This document shows positions 18,247-26,743 of a DNA stretch of 64,000 nucleotides, one piece after another (position 1 is the first letter of the stretch; the number at the start of each line of letters is the position of its first letter). Below the pieces are notes generated by a model. That model was not told where the DNA came from. It worked only from the letters and a program-made list of their open reading frames with translations, and did not search any database. Origin of the DNA: an uncultured Acidimicrobiia bacterium (GTDB taxonomy: Bacteria > Actinomycetota > Acidimicrobiia > Acidimicrobiales > AC-14); assembly GCA_963836205.1 (NCBI GenBank), contig CAWIIV010000025.1:25224-89223 (forward strand). The letters run 5' to 3'. The position numbers and the translations under genes were made by a program.

Positions 18247-19103
18247 AGGCGTCCCAGCCCCCGCCACGCCACCGCCCCCGCGCCGACGAGGTGGGTGCGC
18301 TTGCCGAGGCCGGCGGGACGGAGGTCGGTTCCCCGGGAGAAGTCGAGGCGGGCCCGCTCCTCGATCTCGGTCCGGGCGGCCACCAGGAACGGCTCGCCGA
18401 AGCCGGCCGCCACCCCGCCGGCGACGACCGCCACCCGGAGGTCGAGGAGGTTGGCCACCGACGCCACCGCCCGCCCAACCAGGCGGCCGGTGCGGGCGAC
18501 CACCTCGGGCGGGGCGTGCTCGGCCGGGCGACCGGTGGCGGCGGCGATGGCGGCGCCCGACGCCTCCGCCTCCAGGCAGCCCCGACCGCCGCAGCGGCAG
18601 GGGGCGCCGTCGGGCTCGACGACCACGTGGCCGATGTGGCCGGCATTGCCACCGGCCCCGTCGAGCAGGCGACCGTCGAGGACGATGCCACCCCCGATGC
18701 CCGTGGACACCAGGACGGCCAGGAAGTCGGACTCGCCCGCGGCCGCGCCGCACCACCCCTCCCCGAGGGCGAGGGCCTTGGCGTCGTTGTCGACGAACGT
18801 GGCCAGGCCGGTGGCCTCGGCCAGCCGGGTGCGGAGTGGGAACTCCCGCCACGCGGGGAGATGAAGGGGGGAGACGGCCTCGCCGCCGGGCGACATCGGC
18901 CCGCCGCAGCCGACGCCACAGCCCACGACGTCGCCATTGCCCCCGACCGAGTCGATTACCGCCAGCACGACCGCCAGGAGCGCGTCGGCGGCGGTAGTGG
19001 CCGGTGTCGGCGCCCGAGCCGAGGCGACGACCTCGCCCTTCTCGTCGACCAGGCCCGCCGCGACCTTCGTGCCCCCGATGTCGACCGCCAGGACCACTTC
19101 CAC
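18243..19103 (-). CDS. ROK family sugar kinase
   Basis: VDIGGTK, VDNDAKA, STGIGGG, GHIGH and CRCGGRGCLE motifs. Confidence 0.93.
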   Translation of the reverse strand: MEVVLAVDIGGTKVAAGLVDEKGEVVASARAPTPATTAADALLAVVLAVIDSVGGNGDVVGCGVGCGGPMSPGGEAVSPLHLPAWREFPLRTRLAEATGLATFVDNDAKALALGEGWCGAAAGESDFLAVLVSTGIGGGIVLDGRLLDGAGGNAGHIGHVVVEPDGAPCRCGGRGCLEAEASGAAIAAATGRPAEHAPPEVVARTGRLVGRAVASVANLLDLRVAVVAGGVAAGFGEPFLVAARTEIEERARLDFSRGTDLRPAGLGKRTHLVGAGAVAWRGLGRL

Positions 19104-19112
19104 GTGCGCCAG

Positions 19113-19134
19113 TGTCACACCCCCTCGGTACGCT
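19113..19134 (+). promoter_or_regulatory. RecA-NDp/PafBC-like leaderless promoter for the Uma2 gene
   Basis: TGTC-N12-TACGCT-N6-GTG. Confidence 0.55.
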
Positions 19135-19140
19135 TGTGAC

Positions 19141-19707
19141 GTGACCGCTCCGATCACCACCACGTCGCCCCCGGTTGGCCGAGTGAGCGTCGAGGAGTTC
19201 CTCGCCGGCGACTGGCCGGCCGATGCCTGGCTCATCGACGGGGAGGTCGTGATGAACGACCCGGGGTTCCATCACCAGGAGGTGGTGGGGCGGCTCTATT
19301 GGGCGCTGGCCGAGTGGTGTCGCGCCGGGCCGGAGCGGGGCCGGGCCGGGTTCGGTGGCAATTGGATCTTCGGTCCCTACACCTTGCTTCGTCCCGACGT
19401 GTGGTGGTCGGCCGTGATCCCAACCGGCAACCGCCGCGACACCCCGCCCGACTTGGCCGTCGAGGTTCGATCCCCGTCGACGTGGCGGTACGACCTCGGC
19501 CGGAAACGGGAGATCTACAACGAGGCAGGGGTCCACGAGTTGTGGCTGGTCGACCCGCCAGCGGAGACGATCGTCATCTACCGCCGCCCACCGGGCGCGA
19601 CGGGCTTCGGCCCGGTTGTCGTGGCCGGCGCCGGCGACACCCTCGACACTCCCCTCCTCGACGGCTTCGCCCTGTCGGTCGACGAGCTCTTCGCCGGTTC
19701 GGGCTGA
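19141..19707 (+). CDS. Uma2 (DUF820) family PD-(D/E)XK endonuclease
   Basis: LIDGEV, RPDV, PDLAVEVRSPST and KREIY..AGVHELWLVDP motifs. Confidence 0.92.
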   Translation: MTAPITTTSPPVGRVSVEEFLAGDWPADAWLIDGEVVMNDPGFHHQEVVGRLYWALAEWCRAGPERGRAGFGGNWIFGPYTLLRPDVWWSAVIPTGNRRDTPPDLAVEVRSPSTWRYDLGRKREIYNEAGVHELWLVDPPAETIVIYRRPPGATGFGPVVVAGAGDTLDTPLLDGFALSVDELFAGSG

Positions 19708-19753
19708 GCCGGCTTCGGCGGGCACGGCGGGTAACCTGACCGAGCACCCCACC

Positions 19754-20725
19754 ATGTCCAGATCTCGCGTCGCGGCCCGCGCCGTCCAGACCTTCTCCGA
19801 AAGCTTCGAGACGGTGGTGGCCAACGTCGCCACCGTCGTCCAGGGCAAGGACGAGGCCATCCGCCTGGCCCTGCTGTGCCTCGTCGCCGAGGGTCACCTG
19901 CTGATCGAGGACGTGCCCGGGGTGGGCAAGACCAGCCTGGCCAAGGCCATCGCCGGCAGCCTCGACTGCACGTGGCAGCGCATCCAGTTCACGCCCGACC
20001 TGCTCCCGTCCGACGTCACCGGGGTGAGCGTCTACAACCGGGCCACCGGCGCCTTCGAGTTCCGGCCCGGGGGCATCTTCGCCAACGTGGTCGTCGGCGA
20101 CGAGATCAACCGGGCCTCGCCCAAAACCCAGTCGGCCCTGCTGGAGGCCATGGAGGAGCGCCAGGTCACCGTCGACGGCACCACCTACCGGCTGGCGGCC
20201 CCGTTCATGGTCATCGCCACCCAGAACCCGGTGGAGCACGAGGGCACCTACCCCCTCCCCGAGAGCCAGCTCGACCGCTTCCTCATGCGCATCGGCATGG
20301 GCTATCCCGACCGGGCGGCAGAGATCGGCATCCTCGACACCCACGGCCGCACCGATCCGGCGGCATCGCTGCGGCCGGTGGCGTCGGCGGCCGAGGTCCA
20401 GACCATGACCGCCCTGGCCTCGGCCATCCACGTGGCCGCAAGCCTCAAGGGCTACATCGTCGACCTGGCCGCCGCCACCCGGGTCCACCCGCAGCTGGCG
20501 CTGGGCGTGTCGCCCCGCGCCGCCCTCGGGCTGCTGCGGGCGGCTCGGGCCCGGGCCGCATCGGTGGGGCGCGACTACGTCGTCCCCGACGACCTCAAGG
20601 TCCTGGCCCTGCCCGTGCTCGAGCACCGGCTGGCCCTCACCGGCGACGCCCAGCTCCGGGGCGTCAACCGGGCCGACGTGCTCCTCTCGGTCCTGAGCTC
20701 GGTGTCGGTCCCCTCCACCCGGTGA
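19754..20725 (+). CDS. moxR: MoxR AAA+ ATPase
   Basis: EDVPGVGKT, RIQFTPDLLPSD, DEINRA and ATQNP motifs. Confidence 0.95.
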   Translation: MSRSRVAARAVQTFSESFETVVANVATVVQGKDEAIRLALLCLVAEGHLLIEDVPGVGKTSLAKAIAGSLDCTWQRIQFTPDLLPSDVTGVSVYNRATGAFEFRPGGIFANVVVGDEINRASPKTQSALLEAMEERQVTVDGTTYRLAAPFMVIATQNPVEHEGTYPLPESQLDRFLMRIGMGYPDRAAEIGILDTHGRTDPAASLRPVASAAEVQTMTALASAIHVAASLKGYIVDLAAATRVHPQLALGVSPRAALGLLRAARARAASVGRDYVVPDDLKVLALPVLEHRLALTGDAQLRGVNRADVLLSVLSSVSVPSTR

Positions 20726-20756
20726 GCCGCCGCGCCCCGATCAGCCCGGCCCGGCG

Positions 20757-21965
20757 GTGAGGGGGTTGCTCACCCGGCGGGGGTGGGGGGTGGTGGTCGG
20801 GGCGTTCGTGCTGGTGGCGGCGGGGCGGGGCCTCGGACTGGTCGAGCTGTATGTGCTGGCCGCCGGCAGCCTGGGCCTGGTCGTGGCCGGCGTCGTCTAC
20901 GTCGTCACCCGCCACCCCGACCTGGAGGCGTCCCGGCAGCTCAACCCGCCCCGGGTCCACGTGGGCGACAACAGCCGGGTCGAGCTGTCCATCCGCAACC
21001 GCAGCCGCCGCCGCTCCCCCGTCCTCGCCCTGCGCGACGCTCTCGCCGGGGGTCCCCGCCAGGCCCGGTTCCTGCTCCCACCCCTGGCGCCCGGGCAGTC
21101 CGACCAGGCCAGCTACCGGCTCCCGGCCGACCGCCGGGGGGTGTTCGCCATCGGGCCGCTGGAGGCGGAGCGGTCCGACCCCTTCGGACTGGCCCGGCGG
21201 GCGTCGGCCATCGCGCCGGTCACCGAGCTCACCGTCTACCCCCGGATCGACCGGATCCGGCCTCTCCCCGACAGCCCCGGCCGCGACCGCCACCACACCA
21301 CGCCCCGGGCGGCAGCCGTGGGCCTCACGGGCGAGGACTTCTACGCCCTGCGCGCCTATCAACAGGGCGACGACCTGCGGCGGGTCCACTGGCCCTCGAC
21401 CGCCCGCCGGGACGAGGTCATGATCCGCCAGAACGAGGTCCCGTGGCAGGGCCGGGCCACCATCGTCCTCGACAACCGGGCCCGGCTCCACACCGACTGG
21501 TCACTCGAAGCGGCGGTGTCGGCCGCGGCCAGCGTGGTCACCGCCTGCTGGCAGCACGGCTCGGTCGTCCGCCTCGTCACAACCGATGGCGTGGACTCCG
21601 GTTTCGGGTCCAACGCCGGACACCTGGAGGTGGTCATGAGCCGCCTGGCCGTCCTCACCCCGGCCGGCGAGGGTGCCCCCGGCCTCGACTCCCTCGGCCC
21701 CAACCGCACCGTCGACGGGGCGGTGGCCGTGATCACAACGACCGCCGTCGACAACGCCGACCTCGACCGCCTCACCCGCCTGGGGCGGTCGCCGTCGGCC
21801 GTCACCCTGGTCGCCTTCGACGGGCGTCGGCCCCGCTCGGAGTCCGCCCCCTGGCCCGCCATCGGCCACCTGGTGGCGGTCGGCGCCAACCGCCCCTTCG
21901 CCGCCGCCTGGGACGCCACCCTCGCCGCCGGCGCCACCCGCCTCCGCCCCGCGGCCCGCCGATGA
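20757..21965 (+). CDS. DUF58 domain protein
   Basis: LRAYQQGDDLRRVHWPSTAR motif; follows moxR. Confidence 0.92.
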   Translation: MRGLLTRRGWGVVVGAFVLVAAGRGLGLVELYVLAAGSLGLVVAGVVYVVTRHPDLEASRQLNPPRVHVGDNSRVELSIRNRSRRRSPVLALRDALAGGPRQARFLLPPLAPGQSDQASYRLPADRRGVFAIGPLEAERSDPFGLARRASAIAPVTELTVYPRIDRIRPLPDSPGRDRHHTTPRAAAVGLTGEDFYALRAYQQGDDLRRVHWPSTARRDEVMIRQNEVPWQGRATIVLDNRARLHTDWSLEAAVSAAASVVTACWQHGSVVRLVTTDGVDSGFGSNAGHLEVVMSRLAVLTPAGEGAPGLDSLGPNRTVDGAVAVITTTAVDNADLDRLTRLGRSPSAVTLVAFDGRRPRSESAPWPAIGHLVAVGANRPFAAAWDATLAAGATRLRPAARR

Positions 21966-22140
21966 CCACGGTTGGCCGTGACGCCGGCCGCCCGGAAGCC
22001 GGCGGCCGCGCGGCCAGGACTGCCGTGGTCCGGGTGGTCTCCCGATGACCACGATCCAGCGCCGTCCGGCGGCCGTGCCCATCCCGGCGGACGTTGCCAG
22101 GACTGCCGTGGTCCGGACGGCCGGCCGATGACCACGATCG
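21959..22140 (+). repeat. 83-bp period tandem repeat encoding two 28-aa ATGA-coupled mini-ORFs (21962-22048, 22045-22131)
   Basis: CCGATGACCACG at 21959, 22042 and 22125; GCCAGGACTGCCGTGGTCCGG present twice. Confidence 0.8.
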
Positions 22141-24497
22141 AGCGCGGTCCGGCGCCCGTGCCGAGGGCAGTGGACGACGGTCGGTCGGGGCGGGCGGGCG
22201 GTCCGGCGGCGGACGGCGGCGGCGGGCGGGTGCGGCGGTTGCGGCGGGCGTCGATCTCCGGCGGGCTGGCTCCGGCCCTGGCCGAGGCGTCGCTGGCGGT
22301 GGTGACGTTGGCGGCCATCGCGTCGCTCACCCGCCTGTTCGCCGACGGGTCGTTCCTGCCTCCGGTCGTGGGTGCGGCCCTGGCCAGCCACGCGGTGGCC
22401 GTCGTCTCCCGCCGCCGGGGCCTCAACCCGCTGGTGGCGGCCGGCATCTCCGGGCTCGGACTGCTCCTGTACGTGGTCTGGGTGATCGAACCCCACACGA
22501 CCACCATGGGCATTCCCGGGCCCGACACCCTGGGCGCGGTCGGGTCCGACCTGCGAACCGCCTGGGACCGGTTCGGCGCGGTCGTGGCCCCCGCGCCCGT
22601 CAACCGCGGCTTCATCCTCGCCTGCGCCATCGGCGTCTGGCTGGCGGCGTCGTTGTCCGACCTCTTCGCCTTCCGGGTGCGGGCCCGGTTCGAGGCCATC
22701 GTCCCTTCCTTCACCGTGTTCCTCTTCGGGGCCATGCTCGGCACCGCTCACCACCGGGTCGGCCTGGCCGCCGGCTACCTGGCCGCGGTCCTGGCCTTCG
22801 TGGTCCTGGCCGACGCCGGCGCCCGCACCACGTCGGGGGCGTGGTTCGGCACCCGGGGGGCACAGGGCGACGGGGCGGTGCTGAAGGCGGCGGCGGTGCT
22901 CGGCCTGGCTGCGGTGGTGGCGGGGGTCGTGCTCGGTCCCCGCCTTCCGGGCGCCGACGCCCCCAGCGCCTTCGGCATCGGCGACCGGCCCGGGGCCCGG
23001 GGATCGGCGCGGGTCACCGTCAGCCCCCTGGTCGACATCCGGGGCCGGCTGGTGAACCCGTCCGGCGCCGAGGTCTTCACCGTGGGCAGCCCCGAGCCCG
23101 CCTACTGGCGCCTGACGTCGCTCGACCGCTTCGACGGGAGCATCTGGTCGTCCCGGGGCAGCTACCAGCGGGCGAAGGGCTCACTGCCCGACGGGATCGT
23201 CACCCGCGGCCCCCAGCAGCCGCTCGCCCAGGACTTCGTCATCGGCGCGCTGTCCGCCATCTGGCTGCCGGCCGCGTTCCGTCCCGACCGGGTCGAGGGC
23301 GACGTCCCGGGACTGCGCTACGAGCGCGACTCGGGCAGCCTGCTCACCGACCGGGAGTCCGCCGACGGGCTCGCCTACACCGTCGAGTCCGAACTGCCCA
23401 CCCTCACCGCCGACGCCCTCGCCACCGCCCCCGACCAGGTGCCGGGGGCGATCGCCGAGCGCTACCTCCCCCTGCCGGACGAGTTCCCGGTGTCGGTGCG
23501 CCTCCAGGCCACCGAGGTCATGGGCGGCCACGACACCCCCTTCGCCAAGGCCCGCGCCCTCCAGGACTGGTTCCGGTCGGAGTTCACCTACAGCCTCGAC
23601 GTGGCCCCCGGCCACGGCGACGACGCCATCCTCCGCTTCCTCGAGGAGCGGGTGGGGTACTGCGAGCAGTTCGCCGGCACCTACGCGGCCATGGCCCGCT
23701 CCGCCGGCCTCCCGGCCCGGGTGGCGGTGGGATTCACCCCTGGCCTCCGAGGCGCCGACGGCCGCTTCCACGTCACCGACCGGGAGGCCCACGCCTGGCC
23801 CGAGGTCTTCCTCGCCGGCTACGGGTGGGTGGCGTTCGAGCCCACGCCCGGGCGGGGCCAGCCGGGGGCGGAGGACTACACCGACGTGGCCCCGGCCGAG
23901 GCCGAGACACCGGCCACCCCCGACACCACCGTCCCGGGCGCGTCGACGCCGGCCCCCGGGGCCACCACCCCGACGCCAAGGGCCGACGACCAGCCCGCGG
24001 CCGGACCTCTCGACGAGGCCGGGACGTCGGTGCTCAGCCGCCTGCTGCGCCTCGCCCTCGTCCTGGTCCTCCTGCTGCCGGTGGCGGCGGTGGCGGCGGT
24101 GCCCCTGGTCCGCCAGCGGGTCCGTCAGCGGCGGCGGCTGGCGGCCACCACGCCCGCCCAACGGGTGCTGGTGGCGTGGGACGAGGCCGAGGAGGACCTG
24201 GCCGCCACCGGCCTGGGCCAGCAGCGATGGGAGACGGCGGCCGAGTACACGGCGCGGGTCGGACCCGTCGGGGGCGACACGGTGGCCCGCCACCTGGGCG
24301 TGCTCACCGTCGACGCCGAGGCCGCGGCCTGGTCGGGTGGGGGCGTGGCGCCGGAAGTGGCGGTCCGGGCCGAAGAGGCCGCCGCCGCCCTCGGCACCGC
24401 CCTGCGGGCCGAGGCCACACCCGTCCAACGGGCGACCCGGGCCCTCGACCCCCGCCCCCTGCTGCGCGGCCGCGGGTACTTCCGGCGCCCTCGCTGA
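22128..24497 (+). CDS. TgpA-like transglutaminase domain membrane protein (DUF3488/DUF4129)
   Basis: Multiple TMs; AYWR, GYCEQFA, ARVAVGF, AHAWPEV and GWVAFEPTP motifs. Confidence 0.93.
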   Translation: MTTIERGPAPVPRAVDDGRSGRAGGPAADGGGGRVRRLRRASISGGLAPALAEASLAVVTLAAIASLTRLFADGSFLPPVVGAALASHAVAVVSRRRGLNPLVAAGISGLGLLLYVVWVIEPHTTTMGIPGPDTLGAVGSDLRTAWDRFGAVVAPAPVNRGFILACAIGVWLAASLSDLFAFRVRARFEAIVPSFTVFLFGAMLGTAHHRVGLAAGYLAAVLAFVVLADAGARTTSGAWFGTRGAQGDGAVLKAAAVLGLAAVVAGVVLGPRLPGADAPSAFGIGDRPGARGSARVTVSPLVDIRGRLVNPSGAEVFTVGSPEPAYWRLTSLDRFDGSIWSSRGSYQRAKGSLPDGIVTRGPQQPLAQDFVIGALSAIWLPAAFRPDRVEGDVPGLRYERDSGSLLTDRESADGLAYTVESELPTLTADALATAPDQVPGAIAERYLPLPDEFPVSVRLQATEVMGGHDTPFAKARALQDWFRSEFTYSLDVAPGHGDDAILRFLEERVGYCEQFAGTYAAMARSAGLPARVAVGFTPGLRGADGRFHVTDREAHAWPEVFLAGYGWVAFEPTPGRGQPGAEDYTDVAPAEAETPATPDTTVPGASTPAPGATTPTPRADDQPAAGPLDEAGTSVLSRLLRLALVLVLLLPVAAVAAVPLVRQRVRQRRRLAATTPAQRVLVAWDEAEEDLAATGLGQQRWETAAEYTARVGPVGGDTVARHLGVLTVDAEAAAWSGGGVAPEVAVRAEEAAAALGTALRAEATPVQRATRALDPRPLLRGRGYFRRPR

Positions 24498-24583
24498 CAC
24501 CGGGCGCTCCGCCCTCGCCCGAGGTCCGCGACTCCAGTTCGGGTGGGTGAGGCTTGCGTCGGCCGGCCAGCGGAAGACTCGGT

Positions 24584-24630
24584 TCTTGGGCATGAAAGGA
24601 GTGCCAGACGCACCTTTTCATGCCCACGAC
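24584..24630. repeat. REP-like imperfect palindrome, copy 1
   Basis: TCTTGGGCATGAAAGG-AGTGCCAGACGCA-CCTTTTCATGCCCA; near-identical copy at 46524-46570. Confidence 0.75.
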
Positions 24631-24752
24631 GCACGGCGGACCCGCGAGATCGTGGTCGCGGAACCAGCCGGCCAGGTCGACAGCCGAGACGGGGCCGGGG
24701 ACGGGACGGCGCCCGGGCCCCTTCGGCGGGCTTCGACGCCGTCCGGTGAGGG

Positions 24753-25217
24753 TTAGACCTGCTGGGCCAGGTAGAGCTGCTCGCCCAGCTGCTTGACCAG
24801 CTCGAGTTGGGTCTCCAGCCAGTCGGCGTGCTCTTCCTCGCCCGTGAGGATCGTCTCCAGCAGCTGGCGGCTGCCGTTGTCGCTCTCCCGCTCGCACAGC
24901 TCGACGCCGGCCTGGAGGCGGGCGATGGCCGCCGTCTCCAGCTCAAGGGCGAGCTTCAGCTTCTCCACCACCGTCTCGCCCACCATCACCGTGCCCAGGC
25001 GCTGGAGGTTGGGGATACCGTCGAGGTAGAGGATGCGCTCGATGAGCTTGTCGGCGTCCTTCATCTCGTCGATGGAGTCGGCCTTGATGTGCTCGGCGAG
25101 CTCGCCGTAGCCCCAGTTGGCGCACATCTTGGCGTCGACGAAGTACTGATTGATGGCCGTCAGCTCGGCGGTGAGGACGTCGTTGAGTACTTCGAGAACT
25201 GCCGGGTTGCCGCGCAC
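24753..25217 (-). CDS. bfr: Bacterioferritin
   Basis: [30 protein letters not shown] and [11 protein letters not shown] motifs; GGAGG RBS. Confidence 0.95.
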   Translation of the reverse strand: MRGNPAVLEVLNDVLTAELTAINQYFVDAKMCANWGYGELAEHIKADSIDEMKDADKLIERILYLDGIPNLQRLGTVMVGETVVEKLKLALELETAAIARLQAGVELCERESDNGSRQLLETILTGEEEHADWLETQLELVKQLGEQLYLAQQV

Positions 25218-25239
25218 GTCTACCTCCGTCGTCGGATGG

Positions 25240-25596
25240 TCAGGCGAAACCGATGGTACTGCCCAGCACCCCGGCCTCTGGCAGGTCGGCCTCGGTCCGC
25301 CCGCCCAGCCCGGCCACGCACAGCGGCTCGCCCTGGGGGCCGCTGTGGTCGGCACAGTTGCCGGAGCAGGTGGACTCCAGGAACCCGCCGTAGGGATCAA
25401 GGGTGGCGGCAGACGTGCAGGCCAGCCCGTCGATGCCGCGGCACTCCCGCAGCAACCGGCGCAGCGATGGCAGGCAGCCGCCGCAGCCGGTGCCGGCCCC
25501 GCACGTCGCCCGCACCTGGGAGACGGTGGAGGCCCCCGCGGCCACCACCTCGCGCACCGATTGCTCGGTGACGGCCCGGCACAGGCAGGCGTACAC
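25240..25596 (-). CDS. bfd: Bfd-like [2Fe-2S] protein with Cys-rich C-terminal extension
   Basis: [10 protein letters not shown]...GTGCGGC motif; directly upstream of bfr. Confidence 0.85.
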   Translation of the reverse strand: MYACLCRAVTEQSVREVVAAGASTVSQVRATCGAGTGCGGCLPSLRRLLRECRGIDGLACTSAATLDPYGGFLESTCSGNCADHSGPQGEPLCVAGLGGRTEADLPEAGVLGSTIGFA

Positions 25597-25602
25597 CGGC
25601 GC

Positions 25603-25863
25603 TCAGCCCTCGCCGGCCACAGGGCGGTCGCCGATGTCACGGCGCACGACGTACGGGCAGCCGGACTTGATGAGGGCGTTGGCCCAGTTGAGCGGCACCC
25701 GGCGGACGATGGGGAAACGGTGGGCGATCCCGGCCACCTCCGCCTTCACACCGTCGTCGCTCACCGAGATCCGAACGAACCGCACCCGGCGCATTCCCAA
25801 TTCGGGGACAAGGGCCGCAGGGACGATCGTCTCCGCGGCGGAATCGGGGTGCCGGACGGCCAC
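25603..25863 (-). CDS. Hypothetical protein (86 aa), first gene of the bfd-bfr unit
   Basis: Leaderless promoter TTGCAG-N17-TAGGGT-N6-GTG; protein-like composition. Confidence 0.65.
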   Translation of the reverse strand: MAVRHPDSAAETIVPAALVPELGMRRVRFVRISVSDDGVKAEVAGIAHRFPIVRRVPLNWANALIKSGCPYVVRRDIGDRPVAGEG

Positions 25864-25907
25864 AGGGAGACCCTAACCCCGGAGGTTGGGGTCTGCAACA
25901 GCATCAC

Positions 25908-25926
25908 TTAGGTATTCCTAACCGAT
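25908..25926. promoter_or_regulatory. IdeR/DtxR-like iron box upstream of the -35 of the bfd-bfr unit
   Basis: TTAGGTATTCCTAACCGAT, 14/19 match to TTAGGTTAGCCTAACCTAA. Confidence 0.7.
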
Positions 25927-25936
25927 GGCGGAAGGG

Positions 25937-26200
25937 TCATGCGCAGGCCAGGGAGTAGATGCGGCGGGCGGGGCCGGCGGCGGGCTCGTCCCAACGGGAC
26001 TCGACCAGTCCGTCCCGCTCCATGGCCCGCAGCGCCCGGTAGACCGCCACCGTGTCGGCCGTCCCCGACGTCGCCGTCCGGCGGGCGACGCAGCCGAGCC
26101 GGTCGCACAGGTCGTAGCCGTGACCGGGCTGCTCCCCCACCATGGCCAGCAGCCGGTCTCGAAGGCACTCGCCGTTCGTCGCCCCGCAGATGCGTTCCAT
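25937..26200 (-). CDS. Small PadR-like winged-HTH regulator, Cys-rich
   Basis: HGYDL, VYRALRAMERDGLVESRW and GPARRIYSL motifs; 5 Cys in 87 aa. Confidence 0.8.
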   Translation of the reverse strand: MERICGATNGECLRDRLLAMVGEQPGHGYDLCDRLGCVARRTATSGTADTVAVYRALRAMERDGLVESRWDEPAAGPARRIYSLACA

Positions 26201-26235
26201 GAAGTTAGGATGACCTAAGACACGATCTTAGTCAA
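26200..26235 (-). promoter_or_regulatory. Leaderless promoter of the PadR-like gene overlapped by an IdeR/DtxR-like box
   Basis: TTGACT-N17-CATCCT-N6-ATG; TGAAGTTAGGATGACCTAA at 26200-26218 is 15/19 to consensus. Confidence 0.75.
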
Positions 26236-26289
26236 CCCTTATTCTGGCTGGTAGCCCGCTACGTGGGGGTAGCCGACGGGGAGAAACGA

Positions 26290-26667
26290 CTACTGCTCGT
26301 CGCGCTTGAAGCGCTTGCGCAGCTTCTTGCCGACGTCGCCCACCGAGTCCTTCAGGTTGCCGGCCCGGAAGTTGCCGGTGACCTGGGCCCACCCGGCCTT
26401 GCCCATCTTGCGCAGGTTGCGCTCGAAGACGAAGGCGCAGGACAGCATGACCAGGAACCCGACGAAGCCGACGACCAGCGACGTGGCGAAGGCCCACACC
26501 AGGATGGCGAAGCCGACGAAGAACCCGAGGCCGGCCCACTTGAGGTTGCGGCCGGCGTGCCGGTAGAGGGTGGTCTGCCCGACGCCGCGCGCGAAAGCAG
26601 GATCGCTCTCGTAGAACTGCTGCTCGATTTCAGAGAGGATTCTCTGTTCGTCCTCGTTCAGCGGCAC
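26290..26667 (-). CDS. DUF3040 domain membrane protein
   Basis: MPLNEDEQRILSEIEQQFYESDPAFA followed by two TMs. Confidence 0.9.
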   Translation of the reverse strand: MPLNEDEQRILSEIEQQFYESDPAFARGVGQTTLYRHAGRNLKWAGLGFFVGFAILVWAFATSLVVGFVGFLVMLSCAFVFERNLRKMGKAGWAQVTGNFRAGNLKDSVGDVGKKLRKRFKRDEQ

Positions 26668-26743
26668 TCGACAGCCCCTTCAAAACACCCAGCTTTGCCT
26701 CTGCCATCTTCGCACAGCGAGCCCCCGTCAACAACGCGTCGGC

